From the NCBI GenBank assembly GCA_044229445.1, contig JBGASX010000012.1:4671-68670 (forward strand): a DNA stretch of 64,000 nt, written 5' to 3'. The notes below the pieces were generated by a model, which did no database searches, was not told the origin of the DNA, and saw nothing but the letters and a program-made list of their open reading frames with translations. This DNA is from Gemmatimonadales bacterium (GTDB lineage Bacteria; Gemmatimonadota; Gemmatimonadetes; Gemmatimonadales; GWC2-71-9). Both the position numbers and the translations under genes were made by a program. Shown here one piece after another: positions 38,632 to 46,502 of the stretch. Position 1 is the stretch's first letter. Every line of letters starts with the position of its first letter.

Positions 38632-40484
38632 TGGCCGATCCGGTTCTCGACGCGCTTGCCCCGCTGCTGGCGGGCACCTACACGATCGAGCGGGAGCTTG
38701 GTCGTGGCGGGATGGGCGTCGTGTACCTCGCGCGCGAGATCCGGCTCGACCGGCTCGTCGCCATCAAGGTCCTGCCCCCGCACCTGGCGGGCGACGCCAC
38801 GGTGCGGGAGCGCTTCCTCCGCGAGGCGCGCACGGCGGCCCAGCTCTCTCATCCGCACATCGTTCCCATCTACCGTGCGGAGGAGGTCGGCGGCTTCGCC
38901 TACTTCGCGATGGCGTTCATCGAAGGAGAGAACCTGTCGGAGCGGGTGCGCGACCGCGGACCCCTGCCGGCCGTGGACGTCGTCCGCTGGCTCCGCGAGT
39001 CGGCGTGGGCGCTGGCCTATGCCCATGCGCGGGGCGTGGTGCATCGCGACATCAAGGCCGCCAACATCATGCTCGAGCGCGGCTCGGGCCGGGCCGTGCT
39101 CACCGATTTCGGGATCGCCCGCGACGGCAGTGCCTCCTCGCTGACCCAGGCAGGCGAAGTCGTCGGCACGGTCTACTACATGAGCCCGGAGCAGGCCAAC
39201 GGCCACACTCTCGATGGCCGGAGCGACCTCTACTCGCTCGGAGTCGTCGGCTTTCAGGCGCTGAGTGGCCGGCTCCCCTTCGAAGGGGAAAATCCCGCAT
39301 CCGTGCTGCTTGCGGTGGCGGCCCGTGAGGCTCCGTCTCTCGCGGCCGTCGCCCCCCGGGTCCCGCGCCCGCTGGTCGAGGTCATCGACCGCTGCCTCCG
39401 CAAGGATCCCTCGGACCGCTACGCCACCGGCGAGGAACTCGCCGAGGCGCTGGGGCAGGCGCTGGAACGGAGCCGCACCTCGGTCGTGGCGTCGGGGAGC
39501 GACCGGGTGATCCCCGAGGAGCAGGCCCAGGCGATCTGGCTCCGCGCGGCCCAGTTGCAGGCGGATGCCGCCACCCGCGTCGAGCAGCGCTCCCGCGAGC
39601 GGACCGGCCTCACCGGAGTCACCACCGCGCTCGCGACCGGCGGGTACCTGCTCCGCGACGTCGAAGCCGCCGCCCAGGAAGTCGGCATCAATCCGGAGTT
39701 CGTGGCGCTGGCGCTCGCCGAGCAGACGGGCCCGCGCGATCGCAGCGTCGCCCCCGTCGCCGGCGAGCGGAAGGAGCGTGCGTTCACGACGCTGCTCGGG
39801 ACCAGCGCGAGAAGTCTCTCGGTTTCCCGCGTCATCCGGGGCGCGCCCAAGGCCATTCTCGAGGCGATCGGCCGAGTGCTGCCGACGCGGCCCTACCTGC
39901 TCACGTTCAAGGACACGGTCGGCGGGCATCCGCTGGATGGCGGGGTGCTCGTCTTCAGCGTTCCCAACATGATGCGCGGGATGGGCATGGGCGCAGGCTC
40001 CGCGGAGCACTACACCACGTTCACCTACCGGATGTATCAGCTCGAGCTCTTCCAGCTCAACGTCACGCTGCGCCCTGTGCAGGGGCAGACAGGCGGCGCG
40101 TGCGAGGTGACGGTGTATGGTGATCTTCGCCCCGGCATGCACAAGAATCTCGCGGCCAACAAGTGGATTGCGTCGCTCCTCGCGACCGGCGCCGGGGCCG
40201 CGAGCGTGGCCGGGGGCGTCGCACTCGCGCAGGGCGGCTTGGCCGTGCTGCCGGCTCTGGCGGTGGCCGGATTGCTGGGTGGAGGGAGTCTGCTCTGGTA
40301 TCGCTGGCTCTACCGCCACGCACTCCAGAAGAGCACCGAGGAGCTCGAGGGGATGCTCGAGGCCCTGGAGACCCATCTCCGATCGCAGCAGCTGTTCGGT
40401 GCGCCTCCTCCACCGCCGCAGACCCCGCCGAGACGTCCGCCGGATGATGGCGGAATCGGCGGCGTGATCGCCGCCATCGGGTGA
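38631..40484 (+). CDS. serine/threonine protein kinase with C-terminal membrane segments
   Basis: 617-aa ORF with GRGGMGVVY, AIKVL, HRDIKAANIML, DFGIA and YMSPEQ, plus hydrophobic helices near the C-terminus. Confidence 0.9.
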   Translation: MADPVLDALAPLLAGTYTIERELGRGGMGVVYLAREIRLDRLVAIKVLPPHLAGDATVRERFLREARTAAQLSHPHIVPIYRAEEVGGFAYFAMAFIEGENLSERVRDRGPLPAVDVVRWLRESAWALAYAHARGVVHRDIKAANIMLERGSGRAVLTDFGIARDGSASSLTQAGEVVGTVYYMSPEQANGHTLDGRSDLYSLGVVGFQALSGRLPFEGENPASVLLAVAAREAPSLAAVAPRVPRPLVEVIDRCLRKDPSDRYATGEELAEALGQALERSRTSVVASGSDRVIPEEQAQAIWLRAAQLQADAATRVEQRSRERTGLTGVTTALATGGYLLRDVEAAAQEVGINPEFVALALAEQTGPRDRSVAPVAGERKERAFTTLLGTSARSLSVSRVIRGAPKAILEAIGRVLPTRPYLLTFKDTVGGHPLDGGVLVFSVPNMMRGMGMGAGSAEHYTTFTYRMYQLELFQLNVTLRPVQGQTGGACEVTVYGDLRPGMHKNLAANKWIASLLATGAGAASVAGGVALAQGGLAVLPALAVAGLLGGGSLLWYRWLYRHALQKSTEELEGMLEALETHLRSQQLFGAPPPPPQTPPRRPPDDGGIGGVIAAIG

Positions 40485-40577
40485 CAGATTTCGGGTCGCA
40501 CACCGACACCCTCCATCGGCCTCTTTCCGCAACAGCACAATTCCCTACATTCGCAGTATTCCCCGCACGGAGGCCCC

Positions 40578-40793
40578 ATGACCTACGAGCAGATTGTGGC
40601 CGCGCTGGGTTACGCTGCCAGCAGTGAGCGCGCGGTCCGGATCGTCACCACCGGAGGTCAGGAGGTCGTCGGTGTCCCAACGAGTGTGGACACCCACGTG
40701 ACCGCCCATGAGGTCTACCTCCAGCCGCCCGGAGACGATGAAACCGAGATCGCCCTGAGTCTCGGTACCATTCGCGAGGTCGAGCTGTTGTAG
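40578..40793 (+). CDS. small hypothetical protein
   Basis: 71-aa ORF preceded by GGAGG. No domain recognised. Confidence 0.4.
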   Translation: MTYEQIVAALGYAASSERAVRIVTTGGQEVVGVPTSVDTHVTAHEVYLQPPGDDETEIALSLGTIREVELL

Positions 40794-40801
40794 ATTCCTT
40801 C

Positions 40802-41467
40802 ATGGTCTCTCTGCTCGATATCATCGGCCCCGTCATGGTGGGCCCCTCGTCCTCACATACCGCGGGTGCCTGCCGGATCGGGCTGTTCGCCCGGAACCTG
40901 GTGGGCGGACAGCCCACCTCCGCCAAGATCGAACTGCACGGCTCATTCGCCCGAACGGGGAGCGGTCACGGCACCGACCGGGCGATCGTCGGCGGGCTCC
41001 TCGGCTTCCTGCCCGATGATGAACGGCTCCGCGAAAGCCTCGAGCTCGCGGAGAAGGCCGGCCTTGAATTCAGCTTCGTGAACAGCAAACTGCGTGGAGA
41101 GCACCACCCGAACACCACCCGGATCAGTCTGCGCCAGGGCGATCAGGAGGCCGTCGTGACCGGTTCCTCCATCGGCGCGGGCCGGATCGTGATCACCGAG
41201 ATCGACGGCTTTCCCGTCGAGGTGACCGGTGCCTTCCCCACGCTGGTCTTCGTCGCCAAGGACGTGCCCGGCATTATCTCGGCCGTCAGTACCGCACTGG
41301 CCCGCCAGGGCGACAACATCGCGACCATGAAGGTCTCCCGTCGGCAGAAGGGCGGGAGTGCCATTCACATCTACGAACTGGACCACGTGGCGAACCCCGA
41401 AGCGATGGACGAAATCCGTGCGATCTCCGCCGTGAGCATGATCCGCTCGATTCCGAGGATCGCCTGA
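40802..41467 (+). CDS. sdaAB: L-serine dehydratase, iron-sulfur-dependent, beta subunit
   Basis: 221-aa ORF with the N-terminus SLLDIIGPVMVGPSSSHTAGACRIG and an ACT-like C-terminal part. Confidence 0.9.
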   Translation: MVSLLDIIGPVMVGPSSSHTAGACRIGLFARNLVGGQPTSAKIELHGSFARTGSGHGTDRAIVGGLLGFLPDDERLRESLELAEKAGLEFSFVNSKLRGEHHPNTTRISLRQGDQEAVVTGSSIGAGRIVITEIDGFPVEVTGAFPTLVFVAKDVPGIISAVSTALARQGDNIATMKVSRRQKGGSAIHIYELDHVANPEAMDEIRAISAVSMIRSIPRIA

Positions 41468-42348
41468 TGTTCCAGTCACTGGGCGAGGCGGTCGAACAGG
41501 CGGAAGCGCAGGGGCTCAGTCTCGGCGAGCTCGCCCTGCGAACCGAGGTCGAGAGCGGACTCAAGACCCGGCCCGAGATCGAGGCCGCGCTGCAGCGGGC
41601 ACTGGATGTGATGCGGCACGCGGTGGCCCGGGGACTTCCGGGGGACCTCAAGAGCGTGAGCGGACTTGTGGGCGGCGACGCCGCGAGGATGACGAAAGGC
41701 GCGGGACCGCTCGCCGGCACGGTGTTCACGGAGGTCATCGCCTCGGCGCTGGCGGTGCAGGAGGTGAACGCAGCCATGGGTGTCATCGTTGCGGCACCGA
41801 CGGCTGGAGGGGCTGGAGTGCTCCCGGGCGTGCTGCTCGGTCTTGCCCGACATCGTCCCACGACCGATGATCAGCTGGTGCGCGCGCTGGCGACGGCGGG
41901 TCTTGTGGGCGCGGTGGTTGCCGTGCGCGCCTCGCTCTCCGGCGCCGAGGGCGGCTGTCAGGCGGAAACGGGTGCTGCAGCCGGGATGGCTGCTGCCGCG
42001 GGTGTGGAACTGCTTGGCGGCTCACCGACCGAGGCGGCGCATGCGGTCGCGCTTACGATGCAGGGGACCCTCGGGCTGGTGTGCGATCCGCTGGGTGGAC
42101 TGGTCGAGGTCCCCTGCGTCTACCGCAACGCCACAGGCGGGGCGATGGCCCTCGCCGGGATCGAGATGGCTCTGGCCGGCATCCGTTTCCCGATTCCGGT
42201 CGACGAAGTCATCGACACCATGGGAGAGATCGGGCGCTCCATGGATGTGCGTTACCGTGAGACCGCCGGCGGTGGGCTGGCGGCCACTCCGACGGGTCGG
42301 AAACTCGCCAAGGAGCGTCTGGTCCAGCTCAAGGGCAAGCGCCAGTAG
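41467..42348 (+). CDS. sdaAA: L-serine dehydratase, iron-sulfur-dependent, alpha subunit
   Basis: 293-aa ORF overlapping the sdaAB stop. Contains SLSGAEGGCQAE and LGLVCDPLGGLVEVPC. Confidence 0.9.
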   Translation: MFQSLGEAVEQAEAQGLSLGELALRTEVESGLKTRPEIEAALQRALDVMRHAVARGLPGDLKSVSGLVGGDAARMTKGAGPLAGTVFTEVIASALAVQEVNAAMGVIVAAPTAGGAGVLPGVLLGLARHRPTTDDQLVRALATAGLVGAVVAVRASLSGAEGGCQAETGAAAGMAAAAGVELLGGSPTEAAHAVALTMQGTLGLVCDPLGGLVEVPCVYRNATGGAMALAGIEMALAGIRFPIPVDEVIDTMGEIGRSMDVRYRETAGGGLAATPTGRKLAKERLVQLKGKRQ

Positions 42349-42524
42349 TTCGGGGCATCAGCCCCGGCTCCCGCGCTCAACCCCTGATTCGGTGGAAGGT
42401 TGCCGGGAACCCAGGCTTGAACGATCCACCCTGAAACATCCTGAAACATCCCCCCGTACGGCAGCAACGCCGCCCCGGGCCGGGGCGGAACATCAGGAAC
42501 ACGACGCACCATCTCGAGGGGCCA

Positions 42525-42803
42525 ATGGACGGTCCGACGATCCCGCTGTCGATCTTCTTCATCATGGGCGGTCTGGTGCTGATTGCCCGGAGTCAGATCG
42601 GCGCCGCCATCGCGCACGCGATCCGGGTGAATGCGACGGATGTGGATGAGGAAGGCTTGACGCTGCTCGGACAGGAACTCGGGGAGGTCAAGCGCGAACT
42701 GGAAGCGGTCCGCCACGAGCTTGCGGAAACCCAAGAGCGGCTCGACTTCACCGAGCGCCTGCTCGCCGCGGGCCGGGAGCCCGAACCTCGGCTGAGGCCC
42801 TGA
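42525..42803 (+). CDS. LDFTERLL-motif small membrane protein, paralog 1 of 12
   Basis: 92 aa. TM helix LSIFFIMGGLVLIA. C-terminus ETQERLDFTERLLAAG. Confidence 0.65.
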   Translation: MDGPTIPLSIFFIMGGLVLIARSQIGAAIAHAIRVNATDVDEEGLTLLGQELGEVKRELEAVRHELAETQERLDFTERLLAAGREPEPRLRP

Positions 42804-42804
42804 G

Positions 42805-43131
42805 ATGACCATGATGCAGACGGCCGCTGGTGGCGGCCCGCCGGTCGGTGTACTGATCGTTGCGATCCTGGGCTCGATTCCGATCATGGGCATCGTTGCG
42901 TGGACGGCGGTCAAGATTCTGGGGCCGGTCGGCCAGGCGTTCGCCCACCGCATCGGCGGCGGCAGCGAGAGCCATCCGCTGCTCGAGCAACGGGTGGACC
43001 AGCTGAGTGAGGAACTCGACCAGGTCCGCGCGCAGCTCGCGGAAACGCACGAGCGCCTGGAGTTCGCCGAGCGGCTCCTCGCGCAGGGGCGGACGCCGGA
43101 CCAGCTCTCGGCCGGACTGGATCATGAATAA
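42805..43131 (+). CDS. LDFTERLL-motif small membrane protein, paralog 2 of 12
   Basis: 108 aa. TM helix VGVLIVAILGSIPIMGIVAW. Juxtamembrane GPVGQAFAHRIGGG. C-terminus ETHERLEFAERLLAQG. Confidence 0.65.
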   Translation: MTMMQTAAGGGPPVGVLIVAILGSIPIMGIVAWTAVKILGPVGQAFAHRIGGGSESHPLLEQRVDQLSEELDQVRAQLAETHERLEFAERLLAQGRTPDQLSAGLDHE

Positions 43132-43396
43132 TTCGGAAGCGCTGGTCGCCATCGCGGGAATGGTGGCTGGCGTGCTGGTCACCTGGGGGCTCGCCTGGGG
43201 CATCATCCGGGGGATCCGGGAATGGCGCGCTGGCGGACTGCCGGACCGGGCGCTCGACGGTGAATTGGGGGCGCTCCGGGACCAGATGGAGCAGATGCAG
43301 CAGCAGCTGATCGAGGCGCACGAGCGGATCGACTTCACCGAACGGCTGCTCTCGCAGTCCAGGGCGCCCGAGGCCCTGTCCAAGGGCGAACCGTGA
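43124..43396 (+). CDS. LDFTERLL-motif small membrane protein, paralog 3 of 12
   Basis: Start at the ATG at 43124, inside track ORF 43007..43396, giving an 8-nt overlap with paralog 2. TM helix ALVAIAGMVAGVLVTWGLAWGII. C-terminus EAHERIDFTERLLSQS. Confidence 0.65.
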   Translation: MNNSEALVAIAGMVAGVLVTWGLAWGIIRGIREWRAGGLPDRALDGELGALRDQMEQMQQQLIEAHERIDFTERLLSQSRAPEALSKGEP

Positions 43397-43656
43397 GCGA
43401 CGCCGAGGTCATCGTCTCGCTCGGCGGGATGCTCACGACGATTGTCGGGACGATTGCCATCTCGTGGGCGGTGGTGCAGGGGATTCGGATCAGGGCGCAG
43501 GGGAAGGTGGGGCCCTCCGACACCGCCCGCGCCGTGGCGGACCTGGAAGAGCGGGTCGACCAGTTGCAGCAGCAGCTCATCGAGGCTCACGAGCGGATCG
43601 ACTTCACGGAGCGGCTGCTGACGCGCGGCCGGGACTCTAACGAGGGCGGCGCCTGA
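43393..43656 (+). CDS. LDFTERLL-motif small membrane protein, paralog 4 of 12
   Basis: 87 aa. The GTG start overlaps the previous stop (GTGA). TM helix VIVSLGGMLTTIVGTIAISWAVV. C-terminus EAHERIDFTERLLTRG. Confidence 0.65.
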   Translation: MSDAEVIVSLGGMLTTIVGTIAISWAVVQGIRIRAQGKVGPSDTARAVADLEERVDQLQQQLIEAHERIDFTERLLTRGRDSNEGGA

Positions 43657-43657
43657 C

Positions 43658-43915
43658 ATGGATATCGAAGGCATACTCGCGATCGTTCTGATCTTCGGTG
43701 GTGGCACCGCGATCGCGATCTCGTTCAGTCCGATCGGCCGGGCCATTGCGGAGCGGATTCGCGGTGCCCTGCCGGAGCCGGGTACGGACCCGGTGGTCTA
43801 CGAGGAACTGGAGCGGATGCGCGGCGAGATGGCGGAGCTGCAGGAGCGGGTCGACTTCACCGAACGGCTGCTTGCCAAGTCGCGCGACGTGGAACAGCTC
43901 CCTGGAGGCAAGTGA
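43658..43915 (+). CDS. LDFTERLL-motif small membrane protein, paralog 5 of 12
   Basis: 85 aa. TM helix ILAIVLIFGGGTAIAISF. Juxtamembrane SPIGRAIAERIRGA. C-terminus ELQERVDFTERLLAKS. Confidence 0.7.
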   Translation: MDIEGILAIVLIFGGGTAIAISFSPIGRAIAERIRGALPEPGTDPVVYEELERMRGEMAELQERVDFTERLLAKSRDVEQLPGGK

Positions 43916-44169
43916 TGGAAGGCTCACTGTTCATCATCATCGTGTTTGGCGGCGGGATGCTGTTCGCGCTGTCCAAGACGGAGCTCGGCCGCGCGCTCGC
44001 GGATCGTATTCGCGGCGGCGCCGCCCCGGCGGCACCGGATCCCGCCCTGCTGGAGGAGATCGACCGCCTGCGGGCCGACGTGGCAGAGCTGCAGGAGCGG
44101 GTGGATTTCACCGAGCGGCTGCTGGCGCGCCAGCGAGAGGCACCGGAAATCGGTGGTACCCGCGAGTGA
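43912..44169 (+). CDS. LDFTERLL-motif small membrane protein, paralog 6 of 12
   Basis: 85 aa. The start overlaps the previous stop. TM helix LFIIIVFGGGMLFAL. Juxtamembrane LGRALADRIRGG. C-terminus ELQERVDFTERLLARQ. Confidence 0.7.
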   Translation: MMEGSLFIIIVFGGGMLFALSKTELGRALADRIRGGAAPAAPDPALLEEIDRLRADVAELQERVDFTERLLARQREAPEIGGTRE

Positions 44170-44432
44170 ATGCGGACCAGCACTTCGCGTTGATCATGGT
44201 CGTCATCTTCGGCGTGGTGATGCCGGGGATGCTGGCCATCGGGATTCCGGCGGGGAAGGCGTGGGCCCGGCGTCTCGAGCGGATGGGCCACCAGGAGGAT
44301 GGTGGCGAGACGGCCGCGGAGCTCCAGGAACTCCGTGCCCGGGTCGCGGAGCTCGAGGAACGGCTCGACTTCACCGAGCGCGTCCTTGCCTCACACCGGG
44401 AATCGAATCAGCTCGGTGCCGGTGATGGATGA
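44166..44432 (+). CDS. LDFTERLL-motif small membrane protein, paralog 7 of 12
   Basis: Start at the GTG at 44166 (GTGA overlap), in the frame of track ORF 43698..44432. TM helix FALIMVVIFGVVMPGMLAIGI. Juxtamembrane AWARRLERM. C-terminus ELEERLDFTERVLASH. Confidence 0.6.
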   Translation: MNADQHFALIMVVIFGVVMPGMLAIGIPAGKAWARRLERMGHQEDGGETAAELQELRARVAELEERLDFTERVLASHRESNQLGAGDG

Positions 44433-44462
44433 CCCTCGTGCTCTCAGCGTGAGAGGCTGACC

Positions 44463-44822
44463 ATGCTGACTCAGGTCGTCGTGCAGGGACCGCCGGAGAT
44501 TCCGCCGATCCCGCAGATTCCGATCCTGCCGCCATGGATGACGCTGCCCCCATGGGTGACGGCCCTGGTCGCGCTGGGGTTCTTCGCCGGGTGCGCGATC
44601 GTGCTCTATCCGCTGATGCGCGCGATCGGGCGGAGGCTCGAGGGCCGGACCGCCAGCCCTGACCCCATGCTTCGCGAGGAGATCGAGCGACTGAACGCGC
44701 GCCTCAATGAGTTGGACGGATTGCAGCACCATGTGGCGGAGCTGGAAGAGCGACTCGACTTCGCCGAGCGTCTGCTGGCGCAGCGCCGTGAACCGGACCG
44801 GCTCGGAGGCGGACGGGTGTGA
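44463..44822 (+). CDS. LDFTERLL-motif small membrane protein, paralog 8 of 12
   Basis: 119 aa with a Pro-rich N-terminus. TM helix WVTALVALGFFAGCAIVLY. Juxtamembrane MRAIGRRLEGR. C-terminus ELEERLDFAERLLAQR. An internal ATG at 44538 is an alternative start. Confidence 0.65.
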   Translation: MLTQVVVQGPPEIPPIPQIPILPPWMTLPPWVTALVALGFFAGCAIVLYPLMRAIGRRLEGRTASPDPMLREEIERLNARLNELDGLQHHVAELEERLDFAERLLAQRREPDRLGGGRV

Positions 44823-45190
44823 ACATCAAGCGCTTTCTGGGTATCGACGGCTTCGACTTCTTCATCCAGTTCGGCATCACCTGCATGCTGATGGTGGTCG
44901 CCAGCAGCGCGGCAACTGGCGGGCGGGACGAAGTGCCGATCGCGGTGATTGTGGCGGCCTCGCTGGGGGTGCTGGCCTGGCGCCGCAACCGGGCGATGAA
45001 GCGGATGGGCTCCGACACCGGGGAAGTGCAGCTCGACCGGCTCCAGGAGCTGGAGCAGCGGGTCGCCGAGCTCGAATTCCATCAGGAGCGGGTGCTGGAG
45101 CTGGAAGAGCGCCTGGACTTCACGGAGCGGCTGCTGACCCAGCAACGAGAGGTGGTCCGCCAGCTCGGCCTGCCCCGCGAGGAGGTCTGA
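44819..45190 (+). CDS. LDFTERLL-motif small membrane protein, paralog 9 of 12 (two hydrophobic segments)
   Basis: 123 aa. The GTG start overlaps the previous stop. Hydrophobic segments FFIQFGITCMLMVVASSAA and IAVIVAASLGVLAW. C-terminus ELEERLDFTERLLTQQ. Confidence 0.6.
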   Translation: MNIKRFLGIDGFDFFIQFGITCMLMVVASSAATGGRDEVPIAVIVAASLGVLAWRRNRAMKRMGSDTGEVQLDRLQELEQRVAELEFHQERVLELEERLDFTERLLTQQREVVRQLGLPREEV

Positions 45191-45471
45191 TGGATCCGGA
45201 GCAAGTGCTGGTTGCCGGCATGATGCTCGCCGTGATGGTGCTCATCGGCAAGGTCGTGATTCCGATCGCCAATGCGTATGCGCGGCGGGTTGAAGCGAAG
45301 GGAGACGGGCTGGACGAGCGCAGGGGATTGGCAGAGCTCGAGGCCAGAGTGCATGAGCTGGAGCTCCGTGAGGCGCGGGTGGCGGAACTGGAGGAACGGC
45401 TCGACTTCACCGAACGACTGATCGCCCAGCAGCGGGATGGCGGCCGTCTGGGGGCGGGGGAGCAGCGATGA
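45190..45471 (+). CDS. LDFTERLL-motif small membrane protein, paralog 10 of 12
   Basis: Start at the ATG at 45190 (TGATG overlap), in the frame of track ORF 44707..45471. TM helix VLVAGMMLAVMVLIGKVVIPI. Juxtamembrane ANAYARRVEAKG. C-terminus ELEERLDFTERLIAQQ. Confidence 0.65.
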   Translation: MDPEQVLVAGMMLAVMVLIGKVVIPIANAYARRVEAKGDGLDERRGLAELEARVHELELREARVAELEERLDFTERLIAQQRDGGRLGAGEQR

Positions 45472-45800
45472 TCATCTATCTGGGGCTGGCTGAGGTCTCG
45501 CCTGAGCAGGTGAAGGTGCTCGGCATCGTGGCCGTGATGGTGACGGCGTTCGCGGCCGCCCTCCTCTCGCCCATCGCGCGAGCGTACGCCCGACGACTGG
45601 AGGGGCGGGCGCCGGCGGAAACCCTGCGCCAGGAACTGGCGGAGATCAACGCCCGTCTCGATGAGCTCCAGCAGGGGCAGGCGCGGATGCTCGAGCTGGA
45701 GGAACGGCTCGACTTCGCCGAACGGCTGCTGATCAGCGGGCGGCAGACGAGCGCGACCGAGGCGGACACGCCCCCGGAGCCGGTGGACGCGGCCCGGTAA
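45468..45800 (+). CDS. LDFTERLL-motif small membrane protein, paralog 11 of 12
   Basis: 110 aa. The start overlaps the previous stop. TM helix VLGIVAVMVTAFAAALL. Juxtamembrane SPIARAYARRLEGR. C-terminus ELEERLDFAERLLISG. Confidence 0.65.
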   Translation: MIIYLGLAEVSPEQVKVLGIVAVMVTAFAAALLSPIARAYARRLEGRAPAETLRQELAEINARLDELQQGQARMLELEERLDFAERLLISGRQTSATEADTPPEPVDAAR

Positions 45801-45806
45801 CGACCG

Positions 45807-46022
45807 ATGCAGACCGTCGTCATCGTGCTGCTGCTGGGGGCGGGTGCCACGGCCTCGTGGGGACTCTTCATGGGTCCGATCGGCAAGGCGGTGGCGCGAT
45901 GGATCGAGGCGAGGACGCCCCAGGCCCACGGGCAGCTCATGGCCGACCTTGCGGAGCTCGAGGGACGGGTGACCCGGATGGAGCGGTTGCTCAGGGAAAC
46001 TTCACGGCCCGGACGGCGGTAG
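45807..46022 (+). CDS. degenerate member of the small membrane protein array, paralog 12 of 12
   Basis: 71 aa. TM helix VVIVLLLGAGATASWGLFMG. The juxtamembrane PIGKAVARWIEAR is conserved. The C-terminal motif is reduced to LEGRVTRMERLLRET. Confidence 0.5.
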   Translation: MQTVVIVLLLGAGATASWGLFMGPIGKAVARWIEARTPQAHGQLMADLAELEGRVTRMERLLRETSRPGRR

Positions 46023-46107
46023 GCCTGGCAGCGTTGGCGCCGGGGACGAGCCGATTAGATTCAGCCGGTCGGCCGGAACGTCGGCCGGGACAATCCGGAG
46101 AACGACT

Positions 46108-46500
46108 ATGGTAGGCAAGGAAGATATCGAGGGCTATATCGACCGGCTCGACAGCGGCTCTGCCGAAGTCGAAGAGATCGAGGCCGGTGTCTGGATGGTG
46201 CGCACGACGGCGGGGGCCGAGGTGCTGGTGCAGTACGCGCCGCCGGTCGTGATCCTCCGGGTGGCGGTGATGCCGCTGCCCTCGGGCGCCGAGCGGCAGA
46301 CCGAGCTCTGCCGGCAGCTCCTGTCGTACAACGCGAGTGAACTGGTCCACGGCGCCTACGGACTCGAGGGCGACCGGGTGGTCCTGGTGGATACGCTGGA
46401 ACTGCAGAACCTGGATTTCAACGAGTTCGAGGCGAGCTTCGATTCCCTGACGCTCGCGCTGGCCACGCACCTCGGCGCCCTGGCGCCGTACCGGGAGTAA
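46108..46500 (+). CDS. YbjN-like / secretion-chaperone-like small acidic protein
   Basis: 130-aa acidic ORF preceded by GGAGA. The alpha/beta pattern (IEGYIDRL...GVWMV...VLVQY...VVILRV...ELCRQLLSYNASELVHGAYGLEGDRVVLVDTLE) resembles the YbjN / type III chaperone-like fold family. This is a by-eye call. Its stop lies 2 nt before pspA. Confidence 0.45.
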   Translation: MVGKEDIEGYIDRLDSGSAEVEEIEAGVWMVRTTAGAEVLVQYAPPVVILRVAVMPLPSGAERQTELCRQLLSYNASELVHGAYGLEGDRVVLVDTLELQNLDFNEFEASFDSLTLALATHLGALAPYRE

Positions 46501-46502
46501 GC

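Noticed and set aside
42700-45760. A roughly 30-nt conserved sequence recurring 11 times at regular spacing of about 260-370 nt, superficially like a repeat-spacer array.
   Set aside because: The repeats are the coding sequence of the ERLDFTERLL motif in 11 paralogous ORFs. The spacing is far larger than in CRISPR arrays, the intervening 'spacers' are homologous coding sequence, and no cas genes are present.
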